DNA of 64,000 nucleotides from Candidatus Altimarinota bacterium (GTDB lineage Bacteria; Patescibacteriota; Gracilibacteria; CAIRYL01): NCBI GenBank assembly GCA_965250085.1, contig OZ252287.1, positions 128,001 to 192,000 of the forward strand, read 5' to 3'. The notes below the pieces were generated by a model. The model saw only the letters and a program-made list of their open reading frames with translations, made no database searches and was not told where the DNA came from. The first letter of the stretch is position 1, and each line of letters opens with the position of its first letter. The translations under genes and the position numbers were made by a program. Below are positions 1 through 9,088 of this stretch, one piece after another.

Positions 1-1796
1 AAATATATGTTCCTCTTGCCAAAAAACTCAATCTAGAAAAACTCAGACAACAATTGATCACCGAATGCTATAAAACTCTTTTTCCCGATATTCATTCACA
101 ACTGATCACTACACAAAAACAAAATGCTCGAAAAGCCAAGAATGCAAAAGGAAGAATAGAAAAGCTCCTTCAAAAACCAGAAGGAGATTTTGGCGATATA
201 GAAGTTCGTATTTTCCCCAAGATATATTTTTTTTCATCTGAAGAAACAGAAGAACATGTAGCTGCTTTGGAAATAGCCAAGACACATATTATCCAAATTG
301 TTCCCTCTCAAATAGATCAGTGTTACCAAACTCTATTTCTCCTTCATAAAAAATATACAGTTCAACCACATGCATTCAAGGATTACATTAGCAACCCAAA
401 AGAAAATGGATATCAAGCCCTTCATACCAGACTCGTTGACACCAAAGGGAATGTACTGAGTATTCAAATTTTGACGAAAGAAATGGCCTCTCTTGCCTGG
501 AAAGGGATTGCTGTCTACTGGAATGGAAAAAAAGATGCTCTCAGATACAAAAACATAAGAAAATTTCCTCTGCGCATTCGCTGGCTGGAAGAACTCACTA
601 AGTTTTCTGAAGAACAAAAAGAGCATGATCTGGACGAAATGGAAGAATATCTTCATGCAGACTTTCTTAAAAAACCAATTTTTGTAATTGATACATATGG
701 CAAAGCAATTGACCTCCCAGAAGGATCTACTGTACTTGATTTTCTCTATCGCCATTCTCCCGATCAAGCCGGGCGAACAAAAGAGGTATTTCTTAATAAA
801 TTGCCAGTTGATCTGAGTCACACTCTCAAGGACGGAGACCGAATAGAATTTAAATATGATGATTTACTCAGGGCTGATGTCTCTTGGCTTAACTTTGTAC
901 AGACCTATTCTGCACGAAAAAGTATTCAAGCAGATCTCGCCAAAACACCAAAACAAAAGAAGATCTCTATAGGAAAGACTCTCCTGCAAAATGAATTTGA
1001 TGCTGAGCATAAGGGAATGATCAGCACCTATCCACATAAAATGTGGAAGAGAGTATATGCATTTTTTCAAGTTGCTGATGGAGATGAACTTCTGGCACAT
1101 ATTGGATCTGGAAAAATACAAGCAAACAGGGTGTATGCGGAATTTTTTGAAAACAATGAAAAATCTACACACAGACATCAGAGATGTCGATATGTGATCG
1201 CCTTTGAATCATCAAAAAAGCTCACATCGTTTCTTTTCGAGAAAATACAAAAATATAAACTTACTTTGCACGAAATGCTTTTTCGCCATAGTAAAAATGG
1301 ATCACAGGCAATACTAGAAATAGAAGAGCCTTCTTCTGGAAAGATACAAAAATTTCTGCGAGAAATAAGGACACATGAAGCAGTAAAAAATATTCAAATG
1401 GTGACACCAGCATATAAAAAAATGTTTTTGAGTGTACTGTGGGCATCAGTAGCACTGCTTCTCGGAGTGTTTTTTCTCTTCATCAAAGAATTCGAAATTA
1501 TTCAATCGTCCACTACAGGATTTATGAAAAATATCATCACCTATGCTCCTTTTGTCATCTTGCTCATTGCCAATATGCTTAGTATTCGCACAATGCGTAA
1601 TTACTTAAGCTGGATGCGAAAAGACAGGACGTATGTGATCTTGGGGGTAGCTATAGATGTCGTGAGTATGACGGCTTTGATTCTTTTATTTCGATATCAC
1701 AACATCGAGTTCAGCATTCTTACGTTTTTGGGTTTGTTTTTGATTGGAATTTTTATAAATACCTATCAGTTCACAAGAGAAGAAAAATTTTCATAG
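1..1796 (+). CDS. RelA/SpoT homolog (5'-truncated by window): synthetase-like, TGS and ACT-like regions plus ~4 C-terminal TM helices
   Basis: Frame open from base 3 (IYVPLAKKLNL ~ EIYAPLAHRLG); KDYISNPKENGYQALHT; TGS motif LPEGSTVLDF; WLNFVQTYSARKSI; hydrophobic C-terminal ~125 aa. Confidence 0.85.
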   Translation, partial: IYVPLAKKLNLEKLRQQLITECYKTLFPDIHSQLITTQKQNARKAKNAKGRIEKLLQKPEGDFGDIEVRIFPKIYFFSSEETEEHVAALEIAKTHIIQIVPSQIDQCYQTLFLLHKKYTVQPHAFKDYISNPKENGYQALHTRLVDTKGNVLSIQILTKEMASLAWKGIAVYWNGKKDALRYKNIRKFPLRIRWLEELTKFSEEQKEHDLDEMEEYLHADFLKKPIFVIDTYGKAIDLPEGSTVLDFLYRHSPDQAGRTKEVFLNKLPVDLSHTLKDGDRIEFKYDDLLRADVSWLNFVQTYSARKSIQADLAKTPKQKKISIGKTLLQNEFDAEHKGMISTYPHKMWKRVYAFFQVADGDELLAHIGSGKIQANRVYAEFFENNEKSTHRHQRCRYVIAFESSKKLTSFLFEKIQKYKLTLHEMLFRHSKNGSQAILEIEEPSSGKIQKFLREIRTHEAVKNIQMVTPAYKKMFLSVLWASVALLLGVFFLFIKEFEIIQSSTTGFMKNIITYAPFVILLIANMLSIRTMRNYLSWMRKDRTYVILGVAIDVVSMTALILLFRYHNIEFSILTFLGLFLIGIFINTYQFTREEKFS

Positions 1797-1856
1797 AGAA
1801 AATATATTTGTCCTCTCCCTCTTTTTTGCTAGCATACTCTGCGAAAAGACACATGG

Positions 1857-1931
1857 TGCCCGGTCGCCAAGTGGTAAGGCAGAGGGCTTTGAACCCTCTA
1901 TTCGCAGGTTCGATCCCTGCCCGGGCAGCCA
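1857..1931 (+). tRNA. tRNA-Gln(TTG)
   Basis: Acceptor TGCCCGG/CCGGGCA, D arm with TGGTA, anticodon arm GAGGG-CTTTGAA-CCCTC, GGTTCGATCCC T loop, encoded CCA. Confidence 0.95.
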
Positions 1932-1994
1932 AATATATAATTTATATTTGTCAAATAAACAACCTAAAAAGAACTACAAGATATAAAAAGTAAC

Positions 1995-2023
1995 TTGACA
2001 AGGAATATACGAAAAGATACCAT
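1995..2023 (+). promoter_or_regulatory. sigma70-type promoter with no downstream + strand ORF
   Basis: TTGACA (1995-2000), 17-nt spacer, TACCAT (2018-2023). Confidence 0.6.
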
Positions 2024-2042
2024 TGGGAATAGATTCACCACA

Positions 2043-2083
2043 AAGAGCGTCCTTTAAGGTCCCGTCCTTACTGGGCTCTTTTT
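2043..2083 (+). terminator. Hairpin plus T run overlapping the NYN stop codon
   Basis: AAGAGC/GCTCTT outer stem, TAAGG/CCTTA inner stem, ends in TTTTT. Confidence 0.5.
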
Positions 2084-2568
2084 ATGTAATCTAATTTTTT
2101 CCTCGAACCTTCAATGGCTGTGATCTTCCCCTCCGCGGCCTTTGGAATCAAGGACGAATACTTTTTCAATCCTGGAACAAGAACCATTTCTAATTTATCT
2201 TTTTTATTCAAATATCTTATAAGGCATGCGAAATCACCATCTCCACTCACGATTACTGCTTTGTCGTATTCATTAAAATCTATCATAGCCTGCAAAACCA
2301 TTTCTGCATCCGTGTTGCCCTTTCTTTTCCCGTTTTCATACTTCAGTGTTTCCTTATGTACTAGAACGAATTCAGCCTTTTGTAAAGATTGATACAAGGA
2401 TTGATATCCTTCCACAAAGCCCATGAAAATATAAGCTACCTGAACTCCATATTTCTCTCTCAAATATACTCGGAATTTTTTATAATCCAATTTCCATCCT
2501 TGGTTTTTAATCGAGTAATATAAATTACTCTGATCTATAAATGCATAATTTGTAAGTGGCTTTTGCAT
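2068..2568 (-). CDS. NYN domain protein (LabA/DUF88, PIN-like RNase fold)
   Basis: AFIDQSNLY, KGNTDAEM, IVSGDGDF acidic PIN motifs. Confidence 0.9.
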   Translation of the reverse strand: MQKPLTNYAFIDQSNLYYSIKNQGWKLDYKKFRVYLREKYGVQVAYIFMGFVEGYQSLYQSLQKAEFVLVHKETLKYENGKRKGNTDAEMVLQAMIDFNEYDKAVIVSGDGDFACLIRYLNKKDKLEMVLVPGLKKYSSLIPKAAEGKITAIEGSRKKLDYIKRAQ

Positions 2569-2867
2569 TGTTTATTTTTACACATGCTCATTCTGATCTT
2601 TATCTTGAGAGAATAAAAGATTAAAAAGAGGTGCATAGTTTTCTTCTGGCATTTCTTCATCCGTCATATAAATGACGCAGTGGTCTGTTTCCACTAAGAT
2701 GTCCTTTTTTGAGGTTTCCATAAAATGGCAAGGTTACCACTATTTTATTTTTTCTACGAAATCGATTCATAAACATTCAGCATCTGAATCCACTCGATTT
2801 GAAACAAATACAGTTGGGGAAACCAACGAAAAACTAATAACATCTCTCTTTGGTTTCTAGTTTATTC

Positions 2868-2899
2868 AATAGGCTGGAGTAATATTACTCCAGCCTATT
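2868..2899. repeat. Perfect 32-bp palindrome
   Basis: AATAGGCTGGAGTAAT|ATTACTCCAGCCTATT, just after the stop of the IS-split gene. Confidence 0.9.
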
Positions 2900-3142
2900 C
2901 CTGTTACTTTTTATTAGCAGCTGCATCTTCTACTTCTCCATCGTCTGCCTTTCGGATCACAAATACTGTCCCCTTCATGAAAACCATAAGTCAACAATTC
3001 TCTTGGATCTTCATGAAAAATTTCTGGCAAAAATGAACGCATCCAATCGTCGAACATTTGTAACAATCGATCAGCGACATTTCCTATGTCGTAACGAGAA
3101 TGTTTATCCACAATGCTGTTATAATCGCTCTTAGAAAAGAGC

Positions 3143-4184
3143 CCCGCATTCTGTGGTGAAGTGCACCACTTGGGATAAAAAGATATTAGAGATTGTTATA
3201 GAAGTCAAAGACATGGGTGGGAGTTCTAAAGCCGAGAACTTTCATGGGAGTGTTGTTAAGAGTATCAACAAAGGATTGTAACTGGTTTTGAGAGAAATTC
3301 TTGAGGTCAGCTTTCTTAGGGACAAATTTTCTAAGTTTTCCAATGGCGTTTTCTACAGAGCCTTTTTGCCAAGAAGAGTAGGGGTCACAAAAATAAATAG
3401 GGATTCTTAAGTCTTTATATCTTGTGTTTTCTACACCGTTGTCCAAGGTAAGTGAGTATGCAGGGAGTTGGTGCAGAATGTCTCCAAATCCCTGCATGGA
3501 TTCTCTGAGCCGAGACACCTTCTTCACGAATATTTTACGAGAGAGTCGTTCTCTAACGATGACAAGAGTTTGTGGGGAAGCTTTCTTGGGTCTGCCCATG
3601 GTATCTCCTTCGTAGTGTCCAAATCTTTTCTTCTGGTTGATATGCTGAGGTCTTTGGGCAATAAACACTCTATCTTTGATGATTTCATGCTTTGATTTCT
3701 TCTTTCTCCGTTTACGCTTCCTATATCTCTTGCGATAAAGAAGAGGACATAGGTCTTGTCCGTGTGCACTGTAGAGATATGTATAGATGGCATCTTTCCC
3801 AATACGAACTCTCTTCTCCAAGTACAGTACTCCTGCAATCTTCTCTGGTGACCATTTTAACAACATCTTTTCTCGCATATACTTCTCTATCTCATCATCC
3901 TCACGTACCTTCATTCCTTGGTATTTACTAAATCTTCTTTTGTTCTGTGCTTTTTGATGAGCCTTACACGCATCGTATCCTCCTCTCTTCATCTTCCGCT
4001 TGAGCTCTCTGATGATTGTAGAGTGACTCCTGTTCATCGCTTTGGCTATCGATCTCATCGAATACCCTTTGGAGTGGAGTATTAAGAGTTCTTGTCTCTC
4101 GCTCTTACTGAAGTGTTCATAGTTGTTCATGCACCTAGAGTATTAAATTCTTCCGAGGTGGTGCACTTCAAACTCGAATTGAGG
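3143..4184 (-). mobile_element. IS30-family insertion sequence
   Basis: Imperfect terminal IRs sharing ATTC..TGAAGTGCACCAC; 3-bp flanking duplication AGC (3140-3142, 4185-4187). Confidence 0.9.
3186..4130 (-). CDS. IS30 family transposase
   Basis: N-terminal HTH, WSPEKIAG, FGHYEGDT, TLDNGVE, DPYSSWQKGSVEN. Confidence 0.95.
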   Translation of the reverse strand: MNNYEHFSKSERQELLILHSKGYSMRSIAKAMNRSHSTIIRELKRKMKRGGYDACKAHQKAQNKRRFSKYQGMKVREDDEIEKYMREKMLLKWSPEKIAGVLYLEKRVRIGKDAIYTYLYSAHGQDLCPLLYRKRYRKRKRRKKKSKHEIIKDRVFIAQRPQHINQKKRFGHYEGDTMGRPKKASPQTLVIVRERLSRKIFVKKVSRLRESMQGFGDILHQLPAYSLTLDNGVENTRYKDLRIPIYFCDPYSSWQKGSVENAIGKLRKFVPKKADLKNFSQNQLQSFVDTLNNTPMKVLGFRTPTHVFDFYNNL

Positions 4185-4690
4185 AGCGAAGCTTTTTCTA
4201 TCACCTCTTCTAATGCTGCTTCAGGAATTATAAACCGTTGACTTGCTAATGCGTGCATTGCTTTCACCTCTGTTAGACTATTTAGAAATCCGTCTTTTAT
4301 AAGATATATAAACTTTTTCTCCAGCAGTGCCTTTAGGGCAATCAAATCATTTGAAGATGGTGTCACCACTTCCTCAATAAATAGATTTGCCTGCCTTCTA
4401 AAATCTACATATATCATCTCAAGGGCTTCTGCGGTGATCCAAGGGAATTCTTTTTCCCAATTTTTTATTTCCCCTTGTATCTCATCGGGAAATGAAGAAG
4501 TCGCGACGCTGTGCTGAATTTGATTTACATCATTCATGATTATAAAAATAAAAGAATAAAAATATAAAACTTACTTTTTGGCCATTATCGTAATGACCTC
4601 TTGAGTAAAATATTTTTATCAACACAGATACATACTGGTGACCTGCTGGAGGAGAATAAAAAAAGGCAACATAAGTAAAAAATGATATAC

Positions 4691-4870
4691 AAAAAAACCC
4701 CACGGGCGATGAGAGGTTTTACAAAGATACGATTTATAAAGATTATAGCGTAGTGACTTCCCCTCGTCGCACGGTAGGCGAAGAACAACGATCTGTCATC
4801 ACGTCAGATGTTTTTACGTAGTCGGCAGAGGGAAGGTCTAAGAGCATCTAAGTAAATTTAAACTTTACGA
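4691..4870. ncRNA. Candidate structured ncRNA or leader (rod-like hairpin)
   Basis: Nested stems in 4755-4838; minus-strand TTGACT-17-TCTAAT (4904-4876) and minus-strand terminator-like hairpin (4720-4691). Confidence 0.4.
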
Positions 4871-4966
4871 GAGTCATTAGATATTATTTTTATAATAAAG
4901 TCAAGGAAATACTGCATCCAACTCTTCCTTTTTTTTCTCATGAGTTTTTGAGAAAATACACTACGA

Positions 4967-6718
4967 ATGAAGAATAACTCATATATGTATCACTCCGGCA
5001 GCGCTTCACATGTCTCTCCCCTGTGGAAGAGAATGCTCCATTTGGTTTTTCGATTTGTATTTTCTAGGAAGGGAATCATTACCATTGTCGCTCTCTTGAT
5101 CTTCCTACCACTTATTTGGATGTACCTTATTTTGGGAGCATTTCGAACGCTATACTGGGATATGGCAAAATTGGGAGGGGTATTTCAGGAAAAGATATAT
5201 CTTCTCCTCTTGCAAAACGAAAATGAACTTCGTCCCACAGGAGGATTTCTCACAAGCTTTGCAGTCATAAAAGTCAAAAGAGGCATTCCTGATATTGCAT
5301 TTTACAACACAGAGCAAGTTGCTATTCCACAACCAGAGATCCAAGCTCCAAGTGCAATAGAAACTGCATTCTCCAAAGATCCCAAATATGCAGGATGGGT
5401 CTTTCGTGATTCTAACTTTTCACTTGATTTTGAAGAAAATGCGAAGAAGGCAGTAGAATTTCTGCAAATCGACCCCCTCTTTAAAGAAGAGCAATTTCAC
5501 GGTGTGATAGCAGTAGATATAAATTTTCTGGAGGATATTGTGAACCTTTTGGGGCCTTTTGAGTTTGAAGGGGAGAATCTGGCGGGGAGAGATCTCTTTG
5601 AAAATATTGAGTTTGTAGCAAAAAACTTTGATCACCATGATTTTAACCAGTGGCAGTCACGAAAGGAGAGCATTCTCCCTTTAGCGAAAGAAATAATACA
5701 ATCCCTCAAGTCTTCTCCAAAAAAATGGGAATCGTTTTTTTCAATTTCAAAAGAAAATGCAAATCAAAAACATCTTCTCTTTTTCTTTCCCGACACTGGG
5801 CTCCAGAAAAAAATGCAAGAAAAGGGATGGACTGGCAATATTCCTTCATCATTTTGGAGCGTTAATTTTGCAAATCTGGGGGGGAGAAAAGGAGACAGAT
5901 TTCTTCGAAAAAGGTTTGAAAGCTCCGTGCATATAGAAGCAGATGGAGACACAGAAGAACGTTTTTCAATATATCTTTCTCATGAAGGAACATATCATTT
6001 ACAGTCAGATTTGTATCAAGCATTTGTGCGTATCGTACGGCCTCAAGGATATGAACTTAAAAATGTAGAAGGAGATTTTGATATTCTGCCAGATCATAAT
6101 GAACAGAAATACGGGGAAGAATACTCTTTTTTTCTAAAGATCCTCCCAGGAGAGAAAAAGGTATTTACGTTTTTCTTCACACCTTCTGAAGAAAACCAAT
6201 TTTCATCTTCAGAGACTGTTTCTATCATGCTAGTCAAACAACCGGGCACACTTTCTCCTCATTGGGATTTTACATTGCGAGGAGAAAATGACCCTCGATT
6301 CTCAGCAGAAGGATGTACTACAGCATCTTCACGAGAAAATATATTCTTTTGTGATGTGACACTTAATACGGATACAAGGCTTCTTTTTAAGAAGCACCCA
6401 GATACAACACCTCCCCTCCTACAATTTGCAGAATTTGTTTCTGCGGATCGAATAGAAGCAAGATTTTCAGAAGATATTTTTTCAGACATTCCTTTTGAAA
6501 ACTTTGTACTGATTCGTGCTGATGGATCAGAGGAAAAGATTCCTATTACAGAGGTGCATATTGAAGGAGAAAGTGTTCTTCTCGATCTTGCGGACAATCC
6601 GCCCAGAAGTGAAGGAGAACGCTTTTTTCTGGAAATAAAGAATATCAGGGATATTTCAGAAAATATGTTTCAGGGGAAAGAGCCGGGAACTTTTTTCACG
6701 ACTCTTGTTCAACAATAG
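4967..6718 (+). CDS. DUF4012-like membrane-anchored protein
   Basis: N-terminal TM; YLLLLQNENELRPTGGF, FRDSNFSLDF, GVIAVD, NLGGRKGD; Ig-like C-terminus. Confidence 0.85.
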   Translation: MKNNSYMYHSGSASHVSPLWKRMLHLVFRFVFSRKGIITIVALLIFLPLIWMYLILGAFRTLYWDMAKLGGVFQEKIYLLLLQNENELRPTGGFLTSFAVIKVKRGIPDIAFYNTEQVAIPQPEIQAPSAIETAFSKDPKYAGWVFRDSNFSLDFEENAKKAVEFLQIDPLFKEEQFHGVIAVDINFLEDIVNLLGPFEFEGENLAGRDLFENIEFVAKNFDHHDFNQWQSRKESILPLAKEIIQSLKSSPKKWESFFSISKENANQKHLLFFFPDTGLQKKMQEKGWTGNIPSSFWSVNFANLGGRKGDRFLRKRFESSVHIEADGDTEERFSIYLSHEGTYHLQSDLYQAFVRIVRPQGYELKNVEGDFDILPDHNEQKYGEEYSFFLKILPGEKKVFTFFFTPSEENQFSSSETVSIMLVKQPGTLSPHWDFTLRGENDPRFSAEGCTTASSRENIFFCDVTLNTDTRLLFKKHPDTTPPLLQFAEFVSADRIEARFSEDIFSDIPFENFVLIRADGSEEKIPITEVHIEGESVLLDLADNPPRSEGERFFLEIKNIRDISENMFQGKEPGTFFTTLVQQ

Positions 6719-6844
6719 AAGTTTGTATCACAAATGAAAAAATTAGTTAGGATTTGCAAAAATTTGCACATTATATGAATTATGGAAGAAATATTGGCTC
6801 CCACATCTCATGATTCTTGATTCTTGATTCATTATTCACCCCAG

Positions 6845-8056
6845 ATGTCGCACAAAAACATCTTCCACATGAAAGTACCATCCTCTCATCGCAAACTTCT
6901 TATCACTCGATTCCCCCTTGAATCTGCTTGGGGAGGTGAAGAGGGGATTCACTTGAGAATGGCAGAAGTATTTCGAAAACACGATATTGAAACGGAACTT
7001 TTGAGCTCTTGCAAATATCTGACAGAAGCTTTTAATGAACAAAAATTTTATACAAAAAAAGAATTTCAAAAAGACATTACTTCAAAAGTGCAGCTTCTTT
7101 TGAGCATCATCATCGTCCCTTTCTTTTTTTTAAGAGGAATGATATGGCTTGGATATTTTCGATTATTTCGAAAAACCAAAACTGTTTTATTTCTTACCTT
7201 TATAGAAAAAATCACATGGACGCCGATTGCACAGTTTTTGGGAATGAAAGTTTTTTGGGGACATCATGCTCCCTTAGGATCCTGGTTCTTTTGTAACCCG
7301 TATTTGTTTTTTTGGAAGCTGTATAGTCGATTTGCGACCATTATTGTCACATCTGAAAGCATGAAAAGCAGCCTCACTCCCTATGTACAAAGAAAAAATA
7401 GTATTCAAGTAATTCCTAATATTTCTTTATTGAATAAAAAATTTGATCAAAAAAAGGAATCAAGAGATGATTTTTATACTCTTTTGTCTCAAAAAACAAA
7501 GAGAGATTTTTCAAAGAAAAACACCTTTTTTGTCGCCACTACCAGTAGACTTTCTCCAGAGAAGGGGATAGAAGACCTCGTTTTTGCAGCAGAGACGCTT
7601 CTTCAGAAAAATTCAGGCCTTGTTTTTCTTTCTGCAGGGACAGGATCTGAAGAAAAATCACTTCATCATCTGGTGCATCAAAAAAATCTCCAGAATTATT
7701 TTTTCTTTCTTGGCTTCTTGCAGCCAAAAGAACTTCCACTTTTTTTGCAGCACATAGGTCTTCTTGTGTGTCCATCTCACCAAGAACCATTCGGAATCAG
7801 TATTCTAGAGGCAATGAGTGCAAAAAAAGCAATTGTAGCATCTGAAGAAGGAGGAATCCCCGAGCTTCTGGGAGAAAAGAATATTGGTCTTTTTGAAACA
7901 AAAAATAGAGAAAGTCTAGTGCAAAAAATAAAATATTTTATTCAAAATTCTGAACAGCGAAAAACATGGGGTCGCAAAAATTATAAAAGATGGGAAAAGC
8001 ACTTTTCTTCTGAGAAATTCGAAGGTCTTCTATTGAGCACATTTTTTGATCAATAG
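6845..8056 (+). CDS. Glycosyltransferase family 4 (GT-B)
   Basis: WGGEE, SRLSPEKG, PSHQEPFGISILEAM, GGIPE. Confidence 0.9.
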   Translation: MSHKNIFHMKVPSSHRKLLITRFPLESAWGGEEGIHLRMAEVFRKHDIETELLSSCKYLTEAFNEQKFYTKKEFQKDITSKVQLLLSIIIVPFFFLRGMIWLGYFRLFRKTKTVLFLTFIEKITWTPIAQFLGMKVFWGHHAPLGSWFFCNPYLFFWKLYSRFATIIVTSESMKSSLTPYVQRKNSIQVIPNISLLNKKFDQKKESRDDFYTLLSQKTKRDFSKKNTFFVATTSRLSPEKGIEDLVFAAETLLQKNSGLVFLSAGTGSEEKSLHHLVHQKNLQNYFFFLGFLQPKELPLFLQHIGLLVCPSHQEPFGISILEAMSAKKAIVASEEGGIPELLGEKNIGLFETKNRESLVQKIKYFIQNSEQRKTWGRKNYKRWEKHFSSEKFEGLLLSTFFDQ

Positions 8057-8112
8057 TTGTATACAAAAGTAATACAAAAAAAGGACTTTTGTTTTCTTGC
8101 AAGGCTATCTCT

Positions 8113-8141
8113 TTGACGAAACGAGAGAGAAAGAGGATATT
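8113..8141 (+). promoter_or_regulatory. Putative sigma70 promoter for the 6S-like RNA
   Basis: TTGACG-17 nt-GATATT. Confidence 0.4.
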
Positions 8142-8160
8142 TTGTCACAGTTCTTTTTAC

Positions 8161-8327
8161 AAATTTCTGCGAGGTTTGATACCTCCTCCCTTCACCACTC
8201 TCTTCATTATTCAAGGGGGAAGCGCGTATTTTGGTTTTTCTGGAATCTTCCGGACCATGGACGCTCCCCACGTAGTTTCTCAGGGGGTATTGGTGATGAG
8301 GGAATGCTCGGCTTTCTTGCGGAATTT
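8161..8327 (+). ncRNA. 6S RNA-like rod
   Basis: Closing stems AAATTTCTGCGAG/CTTGCGGAATTT and TCCCTTCACCA/TGGTGATGAGGGA, central unpaired bubble, apical stem GGGGAAGCG../..CGCTCCCC; followed by a T run. Confidence 0.6.
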
Positions 8328-8422
8328 TTTCAAAAAATACAGGAGTTCTTCCTTACAGATTCTTGTATTTTTTGATTGCCTATGAGAAACTTCCTCCTGC
8401 TCTTTTTTGTATATGCGCAGAC

Positions 8423-9085
8423 ATGGCACATCGATCAAAGTATTGGTATCTCCAGCAATTTAACCTTTTTGAAGGCATTACAGATGAGGATCTTATGCAG
8501 ATTCATGATGTTTCGATGGAACACTTTTATCGAAAAAAAGATCTTTTATTTGAGCCGGGGACCAAACTGGATACCGTGTATATTTTGAAAGAAGGGGAAG
8601 TCACTCTGTATCAAATGCACAAAGACAAAAGAGTTATTTTGGACATATTGAAACCAGGATCATTTTTTGGAAATATTTCTCTGAATCCAAATGAAGAAAC
8701 GACATACTACGCTGAAGCGACAGATAAAGTCCTTATTTGCGCATTTTCTACAGATTCTTTTTTGGCTATTATTCGTAGTTATCCAGAGATAGTGCTTCGG
8801 CTCTTACAGATGTTTACTGAAAAAATACGTGAATATGAAGATCGCATCACATCAGGAGCACTGTACAATGCAAAACTCAAGGTACTAGAAGCCATAAAAA
8901 CAATTCACAAAAAAGATAAGGGTAATTTTCTCCCACGTATTTTGCAGAAAAAAACAAAAATAACTCACGAGAAACTGGCTGCTATTACAGGACTGGCACG
9001 AGAAACAGTGACAAAAGCAATTGCGGAGCTTTCGGAAGAGGAAAAAATACTTGTTGAAGGGCGTAAAATCTCTATCACCTCTTAG
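8423..9085 (+). CDS. Crp/Fnr family transcriptional regulator
   Basis: cNMP-binding fold (YILKEGEV, PGSFFG) and HTH ITHEKLAAITGLARETVT. Confidence 0.92.
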   Translation: MAHRSKYWYLQQFNLFEGITDEDLMQIHDVSMEHFYRKKDLLFEPGTKLDTVYILKEGEVTLYQMHKDKRVILDILKPGSFFGNISLNPNEETTYYAEATDKVLICAFSTDSFLAIIRSYPEIVLRLLQMFTEKIREYEDRITSGALYNAKLKVLEAIKTIHKKDKGNFLPRILQKKTKITHEKLAAITGLARETVTKAIAELSEEEKILVEGRKISITS

Positions 9086-9088
9086 GTT

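Larger units (their letters stand above)
2914..4537 (-). pseudogene. Hypothetical ~192-aa gene interrupted by IS30
   Basis: Removing 3143-4184 and one AGC joins ORF 4537.. (EKASL) in frame to FSKSDYNSIVDKHSRY.. ending at 2914. Confidence 0.8.

Noticed and set aside
1808-1993. 61-aa ORF
   Set aside because: Overlaps tRNA-Gln; spurious
3103-3111. TTATCCACA DnaA box
   Set aside because: Single copy inside coding sequence, no cluster
8050-8385. Three short overlapping ORFs
   Set aside because: Better explained by the structured RNA; no protein motifs
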